This document shows, piece after piece, positions 14,223 to 25,489 of a DNA stretch of 64,000 nucleotides; the stretch's first letter is position 1; each line of letters starts with the position of its first letter. The position numbers were made by a program, and so were the translations under genes. The notes beneath the pieces were generated by a model, which ran no database searches, was not told where the DNA came from, and saw nothing but the letters and a program-made list of their open reading frames with translations. Source of the stretch: Takakia lepidozioides (taxonomy: Eukaryota; Plantae; Bryophyta); the NCBI GenBank assembly GCA_030704615.1, contig CM060733.1:75826001-75890000 (forward strand), given 5' to 3'.

Positions 14223-17200
14223 TTAAGCTGATTTTCTTATCCAAAGACTGCCCAGTCTCGGAGAAGGCAAAAAACTGCAGAATGTGCAAGCAGCTAGGAC
14301 TACACAACTGAAAGCCACATAAAGCTTGAACCATTTAGAAGCAAACAGAGCGTATCTCAGAATAAGGTAACTGAGCACGGTGAAGCAGAGGAAATTTCGC
14401 ATACACGTCGCACTGTCCAAGGGCTCCTGACACCCTGCAGTATCTGGAAAGCAACCATGCTTGCTAAACTCAGCCAACAGTTGATCCTTCTTAAGAAATG
14501 TTCCATACAGCCAATTTGAAGCTCCCTCATCTGAGATGGGGATGTCTGACACTGGTACTCGACGGACATGAATATGAACTTCAGCTGGATTGATCCCAAA
14601 CAGATTATCAATGAATGAGGGGCACTGGAACCTATATCCTATCGTGAGGTCATACACTGCACATAACAGATCATGAGTAGTTAGCATTCTACTGTTGGAT
14701 GACTGAGCAGTGGAGTGTGTCCACCTTACAAGTAAACCAAAATACTTGCTGCCATAAGATTTGATCCACTCACAAATCTTCCATTACCAATCTTGCCTTC
14801 AATCTCCTACAACCACTTATCGAACTTGATGAGTTGAAGTGTGTAGAAAGATACCTGCACTAAGGGAGGTGTGGAGGTGGGAGAAGCAAGCCACAAAACC
14901 ACGGGTGCGGGGTTGGAGCACATTGATGAGCTCTGGATAACCACGTTCCTTCGCAAAAAGATTGCCCTTCAGCCTTTTCTCTTCCCTGTCATAGAACGTC
15001 AATGCATGACAACAACGGCGTATGTCGCTTTAATCGTCCAAACGTTGGGTGGGATTTAGTCAGATGTCGACACTCTACACATACATGCAAGAGAAGAGTG
15101 TCACTTCATTCCAAGGCTGAAGGATTATGAAGTAGGGCTAGAGCCATTGGGCAAAAGGGTTGGGGGGGGTCACTCGACATCAACAATCTACTACTACATG
15201 CAATTGAAGTCTCTCGATCCCAAGGCTGAGAGGTTAGGCGTCAGGCAGAAAGGGCTCCACCAAGTTTCTGCACTGATTCTCACAGGAGAGATCACTGCGA
15301 CAGTTGTCGAAAACTGAGCATTATTCACAAGCACAGATTGAAGCCCACAGCCTCCAATTACGATTCACACCTGTTCGTACCCAGAAGGATAGAAACACTC
15401 GAGGTATGGTGGGTCCTCATGGAAAGACCAACATAAAACAGTTGCAAGGAACATTTGCACATATAGCCTGGATCAAACTCATCCACCAGCCAGCATCCCC
15501 AAGCCCCAATACGAACACAAGCAAAATAAAGTATGTCATGGAGATCTGGCAAAACCCAGTAGAGGGACACCAATAAGTAAAAGAATCATTGCTGCTTAGT
15601 CAGGAGGAAGACTAGACGCGATAATGGCAGGCAATGTGGGAAAGTGGATCTTACGTGAAATCTGTGCCCTCTGGGAAGAGGATGAGCCATAAGGGGTCGG
15701 CAGGATCCTTAAAGCTCTCCACATATGACTTGATGACAGGCGAGTCCACTTCCCACCTTCTGTCCAGAAACAGGAACTCAAAAGCATGGAAGGCCCAACC
15801 AAAGACAGGCAGGTTCCGCACAGAACTCTTGAGGACATATTTGCAGTAACCAATTTTCCCTTTGCGAGTTGCCAGGTTCCATATGTACATCCAATCCACC
15901 TCAGTGCGGTGGTTGCACATTACCATTACACGCTCCTCACAGGGCACTTTGTCCCCCGCAAACACCACCTTCATTGCCCTGCAATACTTGCTCAGAATGG
16001 TCTTTCCTACTACATGTAACAATCATAGCCATTAGGCAAGCTTACTCTCTGCCTGATGGTGGGTCCCTCCTAAAGTGGCAACCAAGCAGGACTTCACTGC
16101 AGGCCTTAGAGGCGCCCACAAGCACAAACAATGTAGGATCCAGTGACGAATAACTGGACAGACTAGAGCTTTCATTTGAACTGCAAGGGCAAAGCAAACA
16201 GGATCGACCCTTACCTTGGTTTTATTGATCTTCTCAAACAAAAATGGCCACATAGAAAGCCAATGCCCAAAGAAGAAGGCAGTGATCTGCCGACTATAAT
16301 GCAGATTAAACAGGCGTAAGAGCAGAATCGTCACAGGAGAGAGCGTGATGAGCCCTACAAATGCAGTCGACAGCAGTACCAGCAAGCATAGCAGCCCACG
16401 TATCACTCTAAATAGAGTCAATGGTCGGTGCATTTCTGCCCACTTCACCTGCATCCACACCCATGGTGCAATCCCAGCAATTTAGTGAAAAATTTCCATC
16501 TCCAACTTTCAGCAGATTTCTGCATGCAAGTTTCAATCCTACACACCCACTTCAGGAAAGATGAGCAAAAATCTCCAGAAATATTAAGTCGATCCCTAGA
16601 AGCATTATTTAAAGTTAGCATCCTTCCCTCTCTTGTCTGGTCCCCAAGACCACATGGAAGGAAAGGCGATTGTAACTGCCCGATGTGCGGGCAACCTGAA
16701 GACAACATCCATTTTCTGATACATTGTCCAGGGTATTCTCACCAGAGAGTAACCCTCTGCAGGAACATCAAAAACGTAGTTCCTGCACCTCTGTTCACCA
16801 ACTTTCAAAATCTCAAGGCTGAGCCTAAAGCCCCGGCCCTATGGGGGTGTAATTGCTGGGCAGCTCACTCACAGCAGATTGATGCTTGTGTGAATGGCTT
16901 TCTAGAGGAAATTTGTAAAGCCCAAACCAATGGTTTATACCAAGGTGAGTCCCACTACCGGAGTGAGACCCTCACAAAGGTAGTGGCTGTTCCCTCTTGT
17001 TCCGCCCAAACTGGACGCTGGGTCTATGGCTACTAGGCAAACACGGTCTCATGAGTACTCTCTCTCTCTGTCCTTTGCTGGATTTGATTTTCTAGGTTAC
17101 TGGGGTCTCATAAATCTTGTTGATGCCCTGTAAGATCCATGGGGTGTTGCTAATTAGTTGCACCTACAAGGAATGTAAACTATATTCTCACTGAGATGTA

Positions 17201-18158
17201 GTTGAGGTTGAGGCTAAGAATCCTTGCCATACAGGTGACGCTCAATGTTTGCGCAACCGGTCAAACCCCAAGCCCAGCGGCTCGAACAAAGTGTGAGTAC
17301 TGTCACTGCCCTGTGTTGTCTAGCAGGCACTAAAAGTTCTTCCGTGGCCAGACTATGTTTGGCAGAAACGCAGGTTAAAGACGAACGAGCGGCTGCTGAG
17401 AATTCCACGCTTCTGCTCTTGCACCTCCCGCCAACGAGCACCCACGAACCACTTCATTTCTGAAGGTGTGCAGTTCGATCACGTTTTCAAGATGCTTCTG
17501 ATGCTCAGCAACAGTGACAGAAGAATAGAAAGCCTTCCAGACAGCTTTGAATCACCCAATAACCAGGTTCGCTTGAGTGTGGTCGAACAGGTGGTTAATT
17601 ACCACTCGCGCATTAACTTATCCCCACTTTCGGTGGAAATCGCAGCCCGCCCCTTTTTTACTTGCAATAAGGATGTTCCAGCATCAATATGCCTGATGTG
17701 CATCTACTAATCTAACCATATATGCGCCCAGGTTATTGGTCTCCCGACGCATAAGATGATTAGAGCTGAAGATGAGGTGAAAGTTACCTGAGGTTGATTT
17801 ATCAAAGAAAAAATATCGAGAGACGAAACGGGACGGGGAGACTAAGATTGTTAGAAGATTCATCCGCAAGCCTCCAGGTTGAATTCTCCAGCAAATTTGC
17901 ATAGAGGATTGCCTGGAATTTCCACCCAACTCTGGAAATAAATCCATCACTAATGATATCTCTGACCAGAAACATTTCCGCCCCCCCAGACAAGCATCTC
18001 GTACGATGTTCTAGTATTTGAGAAGGAGAATCGTTCACCTTTGAACCTGGCGAACCATAGAGCACAGAGGCACCATCACTTGCAGAACCGTTGGACTCTG
18101 GGTGCAACCCAGAGGCCTCCGCAGCATTCCCGTTCTGCTTCTCCAGGACCTTGCTCAT
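14223..18158 (-). CDS. LPAT4/5: 1-acyl-sn-glycerol-3-phosphate acyltransferase (LPAT4/LPAT5 type), 5 coding exons
   Basis: Exons approx. 18158-18039, 16448-16214, 15968-15655, 14975-14855, 14659-14223. Acyltransferase motifs: [12 protein letters not shown] (NHxxxxD), [35 protein letters not shown]. Exon 1 assignment (MSKVLEKQ...GSK|gtgaac) is less certain than the rest. Confidence 0.93.
16630..17040 (+). mobile_element. 5'-truncated LINE fragment (C-terminal CCHC zinc finger) in LPAT intron 1, antisense to the host gene
   Basis: ORF 16428-17036 contains [24 protein letters not shown], the C-x2-C...E-x3-H-x4-C pattern typical of LINE ORF2 ends. Confidence 0.7.
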
Positions 18159-21002
18159 GACTGTGGCCGCTTACTGTGGGGCTTTGAGGTGGTGCCAATT
18201 TGCCAGGTGTTGAAGCCTACAAAGCTCTTCTCTGTCTTCTCCTTCCCAAAAAACCCCACCAGCAAAACAACCCACTTGTTCTTCCGCTCAGTAAATCACC
18301 GCAATTTCATGAGAAAGACGATTCTCGGTGCCTTCTCACTACAAAACAAGAGCAGCCGTGTGCGAAACTGCCAAAACGCCCACTTGCTCTCTTGGAGTCA
18401 GAGAGGCGGCGTTGAACGCTGAACAAAGAACCCCTAGAATCACTCCCGCGCTGCCCACTAATTATTACTGGTGGGTATCATTCCGCGGGCATATCCAACC
18501 TCCCTCCCCTCCTCCCCTTTCAGCTGAAGCATCTTCCCGTCCACTTTTGCACCCTCCTCAATTCGACACGTGGACCCCAGTACCTTCTTATCTCTCCTCT
18601 TTTTCTTTTTCTCTCTTTTTCTTTTTTTTTAAACAAAGGGAAACGCCTGAGCGACAGCTCACAAATCAGGCCCCTTAACCCCTAATGGACGAGGCTGTTT
18701 TTGGTGGGCCCACTTCAAAACAGCACATACCCTCACAGATGAGGGTATATCTCCCGGCTAGCAACATCCACAGGGATGAACCCTATGAAAGGAAGCTACC
18801 TACCTCATGCACCTGCTGTAAAAATTCCAGTCCATTTCACCGTGTCATTAGGAAGATTATAACAAAATGGTAAGCCCTAAATCTGTAATATACTCCAATT
18901 TTAGAGGAAAAAAATGGATTGACCAGGCAATTTTTTTGAATAAATATGTTTTCCTTGCAGGACCCACCCACATTCCAATTCAGAGGCACCTAAAGCATGT
19001 TGCCCCAAATTTGCAAAGCAGAATTCCTAAATCTGCATAGGGTTGCTTTGTATGGGAAAACAGGGGGGTCAAAAAACACCATTTAGCTCAACTGACCTGT
19101 AATTCAGCCATAGGGGTTCAAATTGGCATTGTAACCACAATTGCAACAGTGGAATTGTTCCTTGATTGATTTCCGACTACCTCCAAAAAGAATTTCTGAA
19201 TTCTAACCAAAATGCAGGCAGAGATTTCAATTCCTACTTGAATCCCAATTGAGTATTGCCTGAGCCGGTAGATAATTCCGGCCAAAAAAAAGGGCCTGTG
19301 AGGCTTAGATTCCGAAGCCGGGGATATATTCCCCTTACTGTCCGGTATTACCAGTATGAGGGTTGTAGCACAATAGGGCAGGGACACGCTTGATAGGATG
19401 GAACCTTGTACAAAGATAAACCTTACTTTCACACTTTCATCCAAACATTTCAAAGGTGTACAAGATCTGTGACCAAAATCCACCACCTCGATTTCTTGAG
19501 TGCTTTGATTTATATACTACTTAAGCATGTAATCCTATCTAGCCAAACGGCCGTCATTCATTGGCTGGCCAGATGCCTTCCCAGCTAGGCCACACAATCA
19601 GGCCACCTCATCTAGATAGTGCTACTACAATACCCAGCACACCACCCTTTGCAAATCCAACAGATGAGCTTCGAACGTAGTAGAGTAAACATTGATGTCA
19701 TCTATATATACCAAGGCACATTCCCACCTGAGGTTGCCTAACACTACATCCATTAGCCGTTGAAACGTGGCAGTGGCATTACAACGCCCAAACGACATCG
19801 TCTCAAACTAATACATACCCATCCTGCATGTAAAAGCAGGACGTGACTTCCGGCGTGAGCGTGAGACCGTGAGCATGCGCGATGGTGATGTGGCGTGAGC
19901 GCAGGCTGACACCAGCTGACGTGGCGTGAGCGTGAGGCTGACGTGGCGTGGTCATGCTTACGTGGCAGTCGTCAGAATGACGTGGCATCTGGACAACTTG
20001 CCACATGTCATGTCATCATAAACATATAGTACCTATAGCCGAGGGGCCTATAGCCGTGGCATTCATTCATCCAAAACACCAAAAATTAAAATGCAGGAAC
20101 GACTTGTGAAAGCATTCGTATCCATTCCATTTATTGTCGAACGACTACATTGCACGGAGTACATGGCAAGGGTGGATGAGGAAGGGCGGAATCCGGGCAC
20201 GCTCTGGAAAAACTTGGGGTTTTTCAAGCGGGCAGTCCGGGCAGGTCCCAAAACAAGACGATGACGTGCCTATGATGATGTGGCGACGATGAAATGTGAC
20301 GATGATGATGTGGCACTATGGCACCCTATATCTGCTCTATGCCGACCTTCGGTCATCGCTATAATTTCTTTCTTTTTTCTATCAAAGAAAGAGGAACGGT
20401 GGCCTCGATTAACTTTATAGCAAATGGACACTATGTACCCCAATTCATTTGGCCAGTTCAGGCAGCCCAACATTGTGGGAAGAGCCAATCTATGGGACCG
20501 AGGGAGGCTTGGAGAGGAGGGAAATGGCTCCACAGGATGTAGACCTAGCGTAGAAGTAGGAGGTGGGCCCTCCTTCTATTACTAGAGAATTCCAGAAGCG
20601 GGAGGAGTCGGTGGGGACGAGGCGGTGGGCCCTCTTCTAGAAGGCTCCACCACCACCTTAAGATAGTATATATAGAGGGTAAGGGGTGTAGATTTTACAA
20701 TTCTGCCTCCCATTGGTTTGGTGGGCGCTGCAAGCAGAGCCCCCTTAGAAAATAAAATTTTGGAACCTGAACCATCTTGAACTTACTATACTACAATACT
20801 ACACTTTTAAAAGGTCTGAGAAATACAAAGGAGGTAGTACTAGTGGAAAAAATAACCACCGTTCAGGCCGTGGAGCCTTATTGTGGGGAAACTACTAGTC
20901 TTCGAACTCAACTAACTTAATAGTTGCAACTTAGTGTGACAGGTCCGCATAACTTTTTTACAGAAAGGGGGTAAATTTTCTCCAGTAGCTCAGGATTACT
21001 CT

Positions 21003-21035
21003 ATCTTTATTTATTTTATTTTATTTTATTTTATT
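21003..21035. repeat. (TTTTA)n microsatellite, possibly a retroposon tail on the - strand
   Basis: tttat ttattttatt ttattttatt ttatta. Confidence 0.75.
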
Positions 21036-22100
21036 AGCTCCTCCCTAAGGAGAGACCACGCATCAATTGTACGGTTTTCTCCTGATGTACCTTCCCCAGT
21101 TAAGACTTTCTTAGAGTAGACCTACGTAGAAACTACCTCAGCCACAACCACAATGGGGCTCGAAAATAGTTAGGTGCCTAATGGTTTGGTTTGACTTGCT
21201 TACACTTGGTCCCAACATTGTGTCATCGAAATTCATGCCTGCAGAATTTTCATCTTTGCTATGGTGGGAAGTCTGGAGATCGGGGCCAACTCTCTATGCT
21301 TCATGGGATGAATGAATGATGCGTGAGTGTTATAGGCACGGAGAAGGGCTCTTCATCACGCAACAGTTGCATCACTCCGGGTTGTGATTCTGACTCGCAA
21401 AAGAGCCATTTCTCTGGCATGTTCATATGACACGGCTTTGGAGGCTGGATATGCCAGAGTTTTCAAGTGCGCAGCGTGCCTTTTCATCACAATCCAGCCT
21501 CGATATCACTTGCGTGATATCCGCATTAGGTATGGTGTATATCGAGATATGGCAAAAACCTTAATTAGTGCGGTGACATTACAAGGCATTTAGGGTATAA
21601 TAATCTCATAAGCCTTTCCAAGCGTCAGTCATCCATTCTCTTACTTGTTTTTATATGATAAATTTGTTGTTATCGACGATGTGCATACATTGTTTTAGCA
21701 AATTTTTGGATCTTAGGGTCACTGATGTTGGAGCTGCGCAAGGAATGTCAGATCATCTCTTGTAGGTGATCTGAGGTCCCTTCAAGTAGCTAGGGATCGT
21801 TTCATCTGTTGTCTTGCAGGGAAGGATCAGCCAAACAACCGTGGATTCATTCGTGGAGGGCCGACCACGTTATAAGATGCAAATGGATTGCCTCCATGGA
21901 ATCAAGCACTTAGAATTTTTTTGGAAGTGGAAAATTGTAACTACCTCCATGCAGGTAATTTTACGATCACTTCCATGAAGGTAGTTGCAAAAACAAACTA
22001 GACTACCTTTCTGGGAGGTAGTTGTATTTATTGGCTCCTCCCTAAGGAAGAGAAGAAAGATCCACATGAAGGAGCAGCAAGAGAGGAGGAGGAAGAAAGC

Positions 22101-22127
22101 GAGAGAGAGAGAGAGAGAGAAAGAGAG
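22101..22127. repeat. (GA)n microsatellite
   Basis: gagagagagagagagagagaaagagag. Confidence 0.9.
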
Positions 22128-23884
22128 GCAAGTTGCGCAATCTCAAACCTGCCTACGTCCATTGATGCCCCACACCCTCCCTACCCTCCCCACCCTCCCC
22201 ACACCGTGTTACACATTCATACCACCGGCCTGTGCCAGTCGCACTGGTAGCCCGAGCTTGGATAGACCATTAACTGCCAGTCTCAGTATCCTGATAACCG
22301 GTTATAGCAGGCGTGCCGACAAAGACAGAGAGCGACAGGGTTTTGAATTTCAATGTTTGAATCACCGGTGAGGTCGCCATCAGAGGTAACGTTAAAAAAT
22401 GAGGTCTAGCTTCCTGGTATTGTGATCGCTTAAAAGGCATGCAAGTTGGAGTTCATCTCCATGTTGTAAACAATATATCTTTTAGTAAATAAGGCATTTA
22501 GGATGAAACAATTCACCAAAACTTGAAAAGGTGGCAGCAGAGGAATTCATGAGAAAAATGAACTGAGAAATGGACTGAGTCCATGTGGATCCTTGAGCAG
22601 CATATTTCGAAAAAGAAAATAAGAAAATAAGAACTGGACTGCACCAGCCCCCCATTTGGCCCCACAGAATATAGGACTCATAAGACTTTTTTTGCCATCT
22701 AGCCTAATGAGATCAGAGAGCTTTCCTTTTATGCAATAAACATCAGCAAACATTAATTCCCCAAATAGCTATGTCTAGGGCTTCTAGTCCAAGGTTTCTT
22801 AGCACTAGCGTTCATCAAACATATTCAATGGGGGTCATAATTGCAGTTCTTGAGTGAGTCTGGCATCATAAGGGAGCAGAAAACTTAGAGAAGGAGCATA
22901 GGGGGTGAACGGATTTTGACAGTCTACTCTTATTTGACTTGGTTTCTTAGATAACATACTTTACCAAGAGGACGATGTCAGTGTCAACTCCTCTTGCCTT
23001 GGCAAGTCTGAACAGATATCATGAGCCTTAGAACTGTACTTTGCAAGGAGGGATATGCACCTAGGGACCAAGATTGTCCTTCCTCTGTGATGGCACTTAT
23101 CTTTTTAGGCCGATTCGAACTCCCACAAAACATGTTCGCTAATTGACGAGGATCTCAAGCATCTAGCAGTAGACATACAATAATCTCATAATTACACTAA
23201 CACACAACAAGTGACAAGAGTACCGAATCACACAATGATGATTTAAAATTTATTGTAGCCAAAACTGGCCTTGGGTACATTTTATTTGTGCAAGCCATCA
23301 AGAGGACATGTTTGAATCAAAAAATTGCAATGTTCATATGTACATTTTACGATTGTCTTGCTATGATCAGTAGTCACTTCAAAAATATCATCATGCCCTT
23401 GACAAGTCCCTACAGACAAAATGCTCAACTTCCTCTTAGCACCAGCTTTCTCCATTGACAAGCCACTTTTGATATTATCTGTAGGAATGGGAATATGCAT
23501 CCTCTCTTCTATTGATAGGTAGCTTGTGCTCGCCTGCACACTCCCAGCTTCTTCTACTTACCTCGCTCCCCAACATTCAAAAATGAAATCTCTTCACATA
23601 GCTCCATATTCATCACAAACTTCTTGATACTGGCTCACTAGCTTCAACTTTGGAGGATCCTCCACCGGCTCTTCCTCCACCTCTTCCTCGATGATCTGCT
23701 CCGCCTCATCCTCATGCAAAATGCCCATATGGTGGATCTATGCTCGAGCACATCTTCTTTCAGAGCCCTCTTCATTCTTTCCGCCCAAGTCACCAGTCAC
23801 CCGATGATCATCCAAAGACTATATATCCTCCTTCGTGCAATTACTGACCATCATGAAAACTTTTCAGGCACTCACTCCGCCCAC

Positions 23885-24130
23885 CGTTTAACCAATGGCC
23901 ACCAGAGCAATGTTCAAGATGACATCTGGTACAATTGCAGATTTGATGATGTCACCAGGGATCTCTTTGCTGCCATATGCACTGCAAACGCACACAAACG
24001 TTATGTCGGCGGCCTTCACCCCTTCCCCCATCATTTTGCTCAAAGGTTGAAGACTGATCCCTTGGCATCCTCGATGCACCCACATTTGGCATACATGTCC
24101 ACCACGGCGGGGGCAATGCTCAGAATGACA
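23885..24130 (-). pseudogene. PLS-class PPR gene fragment
   Basis: Minus-strand translation across frameshifts gives VDMYAKCGCIEDAK...MMGEGVKAADITFVCVCSAYGSKEIPGDIIKSAIVPDVILNIALV, matching PPR S/P/L motif consensus. Confidence 0.8.
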
Positions 24131-24149
24131 TCTGGTAATCTGATAGGCA

Positions 24150-25145
24150 TTCACCTTTTTGCCTCGGTTGTCCCACCATTGTCTGGGGTCAGAAAAATAT
24201 TCATTCCACAGCTTCTCCTCGTCTCTGTTACCTGTTTCTGGATACTTTCATGTTGTCACATTGGCAGACGTATCATGTCAAAGTCATTCCAAACTATCCT
24301 AGATTCACTCAACCAACTAACTTGCAGAATTCAACATGAAAATTTAGGGCCGATTCTGATAGGAGGGGAAAACAGGGTGGAATGTGTTGAAGAAGGTGCC
24401 TTCATCAGCAGTGCCTGATTTTATCAATTGTGCCGCTGCTGCTGCGGCTTCAAGTTGATTATCTACCCATGTAGGTTTCTTGTATCTATCCTTCCACAGG
24501 GAATCATAGGTAATCTGGAGCTTGAAATCTGGAGCTTGTCCTTGACCTTGTGTCATGACCCATGGAGGATTTGACCGACCATCAACCCAAAATGACCTCT
24601 TGTGTATGCTGCTTGTGTCTTGTAGTCAGATAATGTCGGATTGGTCTGTGAGAACCACCACGGTGTAGCTAAGCAGGCAGAGATTGAAACATGGCCTGCT
24701 AAGACCAAGCTGACTCTCCCAAGAACCTTGTAAACATTAGGAAGAATACCAAATCAGGGTTCTAACAGGAGGCAAGAGCCTACATTTGCAGGATGAACAA
24801 ACTTCTTCACATCGTACCTTAAGAAAACGCGACACCTTGCGATTGCAGTTGTCCCACAATCGTGAAGGATCTGCTCCGTGCTGCAAATTTAGGGCCGAGT
24901 CTGATGAGAGGGCAAAACAGGCTGAAATAGGTCGAAGAAGAAGGTGCCCTCACCACGTTGTCCTTGACATTGTGTCATGACCCATGGAGGATTTGACCTC
25001 CCATCAACCCAAAAGGACCTCTCTCTGTGTGCTGCTGGTGTCTGTAGTCAAGTAATGTCGGATTGGTCTTTGAGAACCACCACGGTGCAGCTGAGCAGGC
25101 AAAGATTGAAACGACCTGCTAAGACCAAGTTGACTCTCCCAAGAA
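24150..25145 (-). pseudogene. Decayed OSB/PTAC9-type 'PDF' ssDNA-binding motif repeats, including a ~190-bp direct duplication (24540-24726 vs 24960-25145)
   Basis: The minus strand reads EEKLWNEYFSDPRQWWDNRGKK and APDFKLQITYDSLWKDRYKKPTWVD. This is the W..FF..P..WWDNR..K..P..PDFKHK...LW signature of organellar ssDNA-binding proteins. Confidence 0.75.
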
Positions 25146-25489
25146 CGCGGGAGAGGAGGGGAGAGGAGAGGCGAGGAGAGGAGGGGAGGAAGAAGAGAGC
25201 CCGCGGGAGGGAAGGGGAGAAAGATCGCGGGGAGAAAGAAGGAAAAAAACAAACAAAAGGAACGATCCCGTGATTTGATCCCGCGGTATATCACGACTTA
25301 AATAATGTCCTTACCACTAGACTACCCCTTACAACTTAACAACCCCCTCCTGTAATATTATATTTAAGGTGTTTTAAACCCCCCTATGTATGTATAATGT
25401 TGTACATGGGAGGGTTTAAAATACCCCCTCCTGTGCACGCACGTGGTTGGTACATACTGGCTGGAGTGCACCCCCTAGGACTTGAAGCT

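Noticed and set aside
18775-19120. Possible MITE bounded by tgaaccctatg / cataggggttca
   Set aside because: Only ~11 bp of imperfect inverted match and no TSD identified.
20838-20856. tactagtggaaaaa, one mismatch from a CACTA-type terminus
   Set aside because: No partner end or subterminal repeats adjacent.
23715-23745. IDPPYG on the - strand, resembling an N6-adenine methyltransferase DPPY motif
   Set aside because: It lies in a short frame closed by stops with no other MTase motifs. The overlapping acidic frame (EDEAEQIIEEEVEEEP) looks like the real decayed coding frame.
23714-24418. 234-aa + strand ORF
   Set aside because: It is the antisense shadow of the PPR/PDF pseudogene on the - strand.
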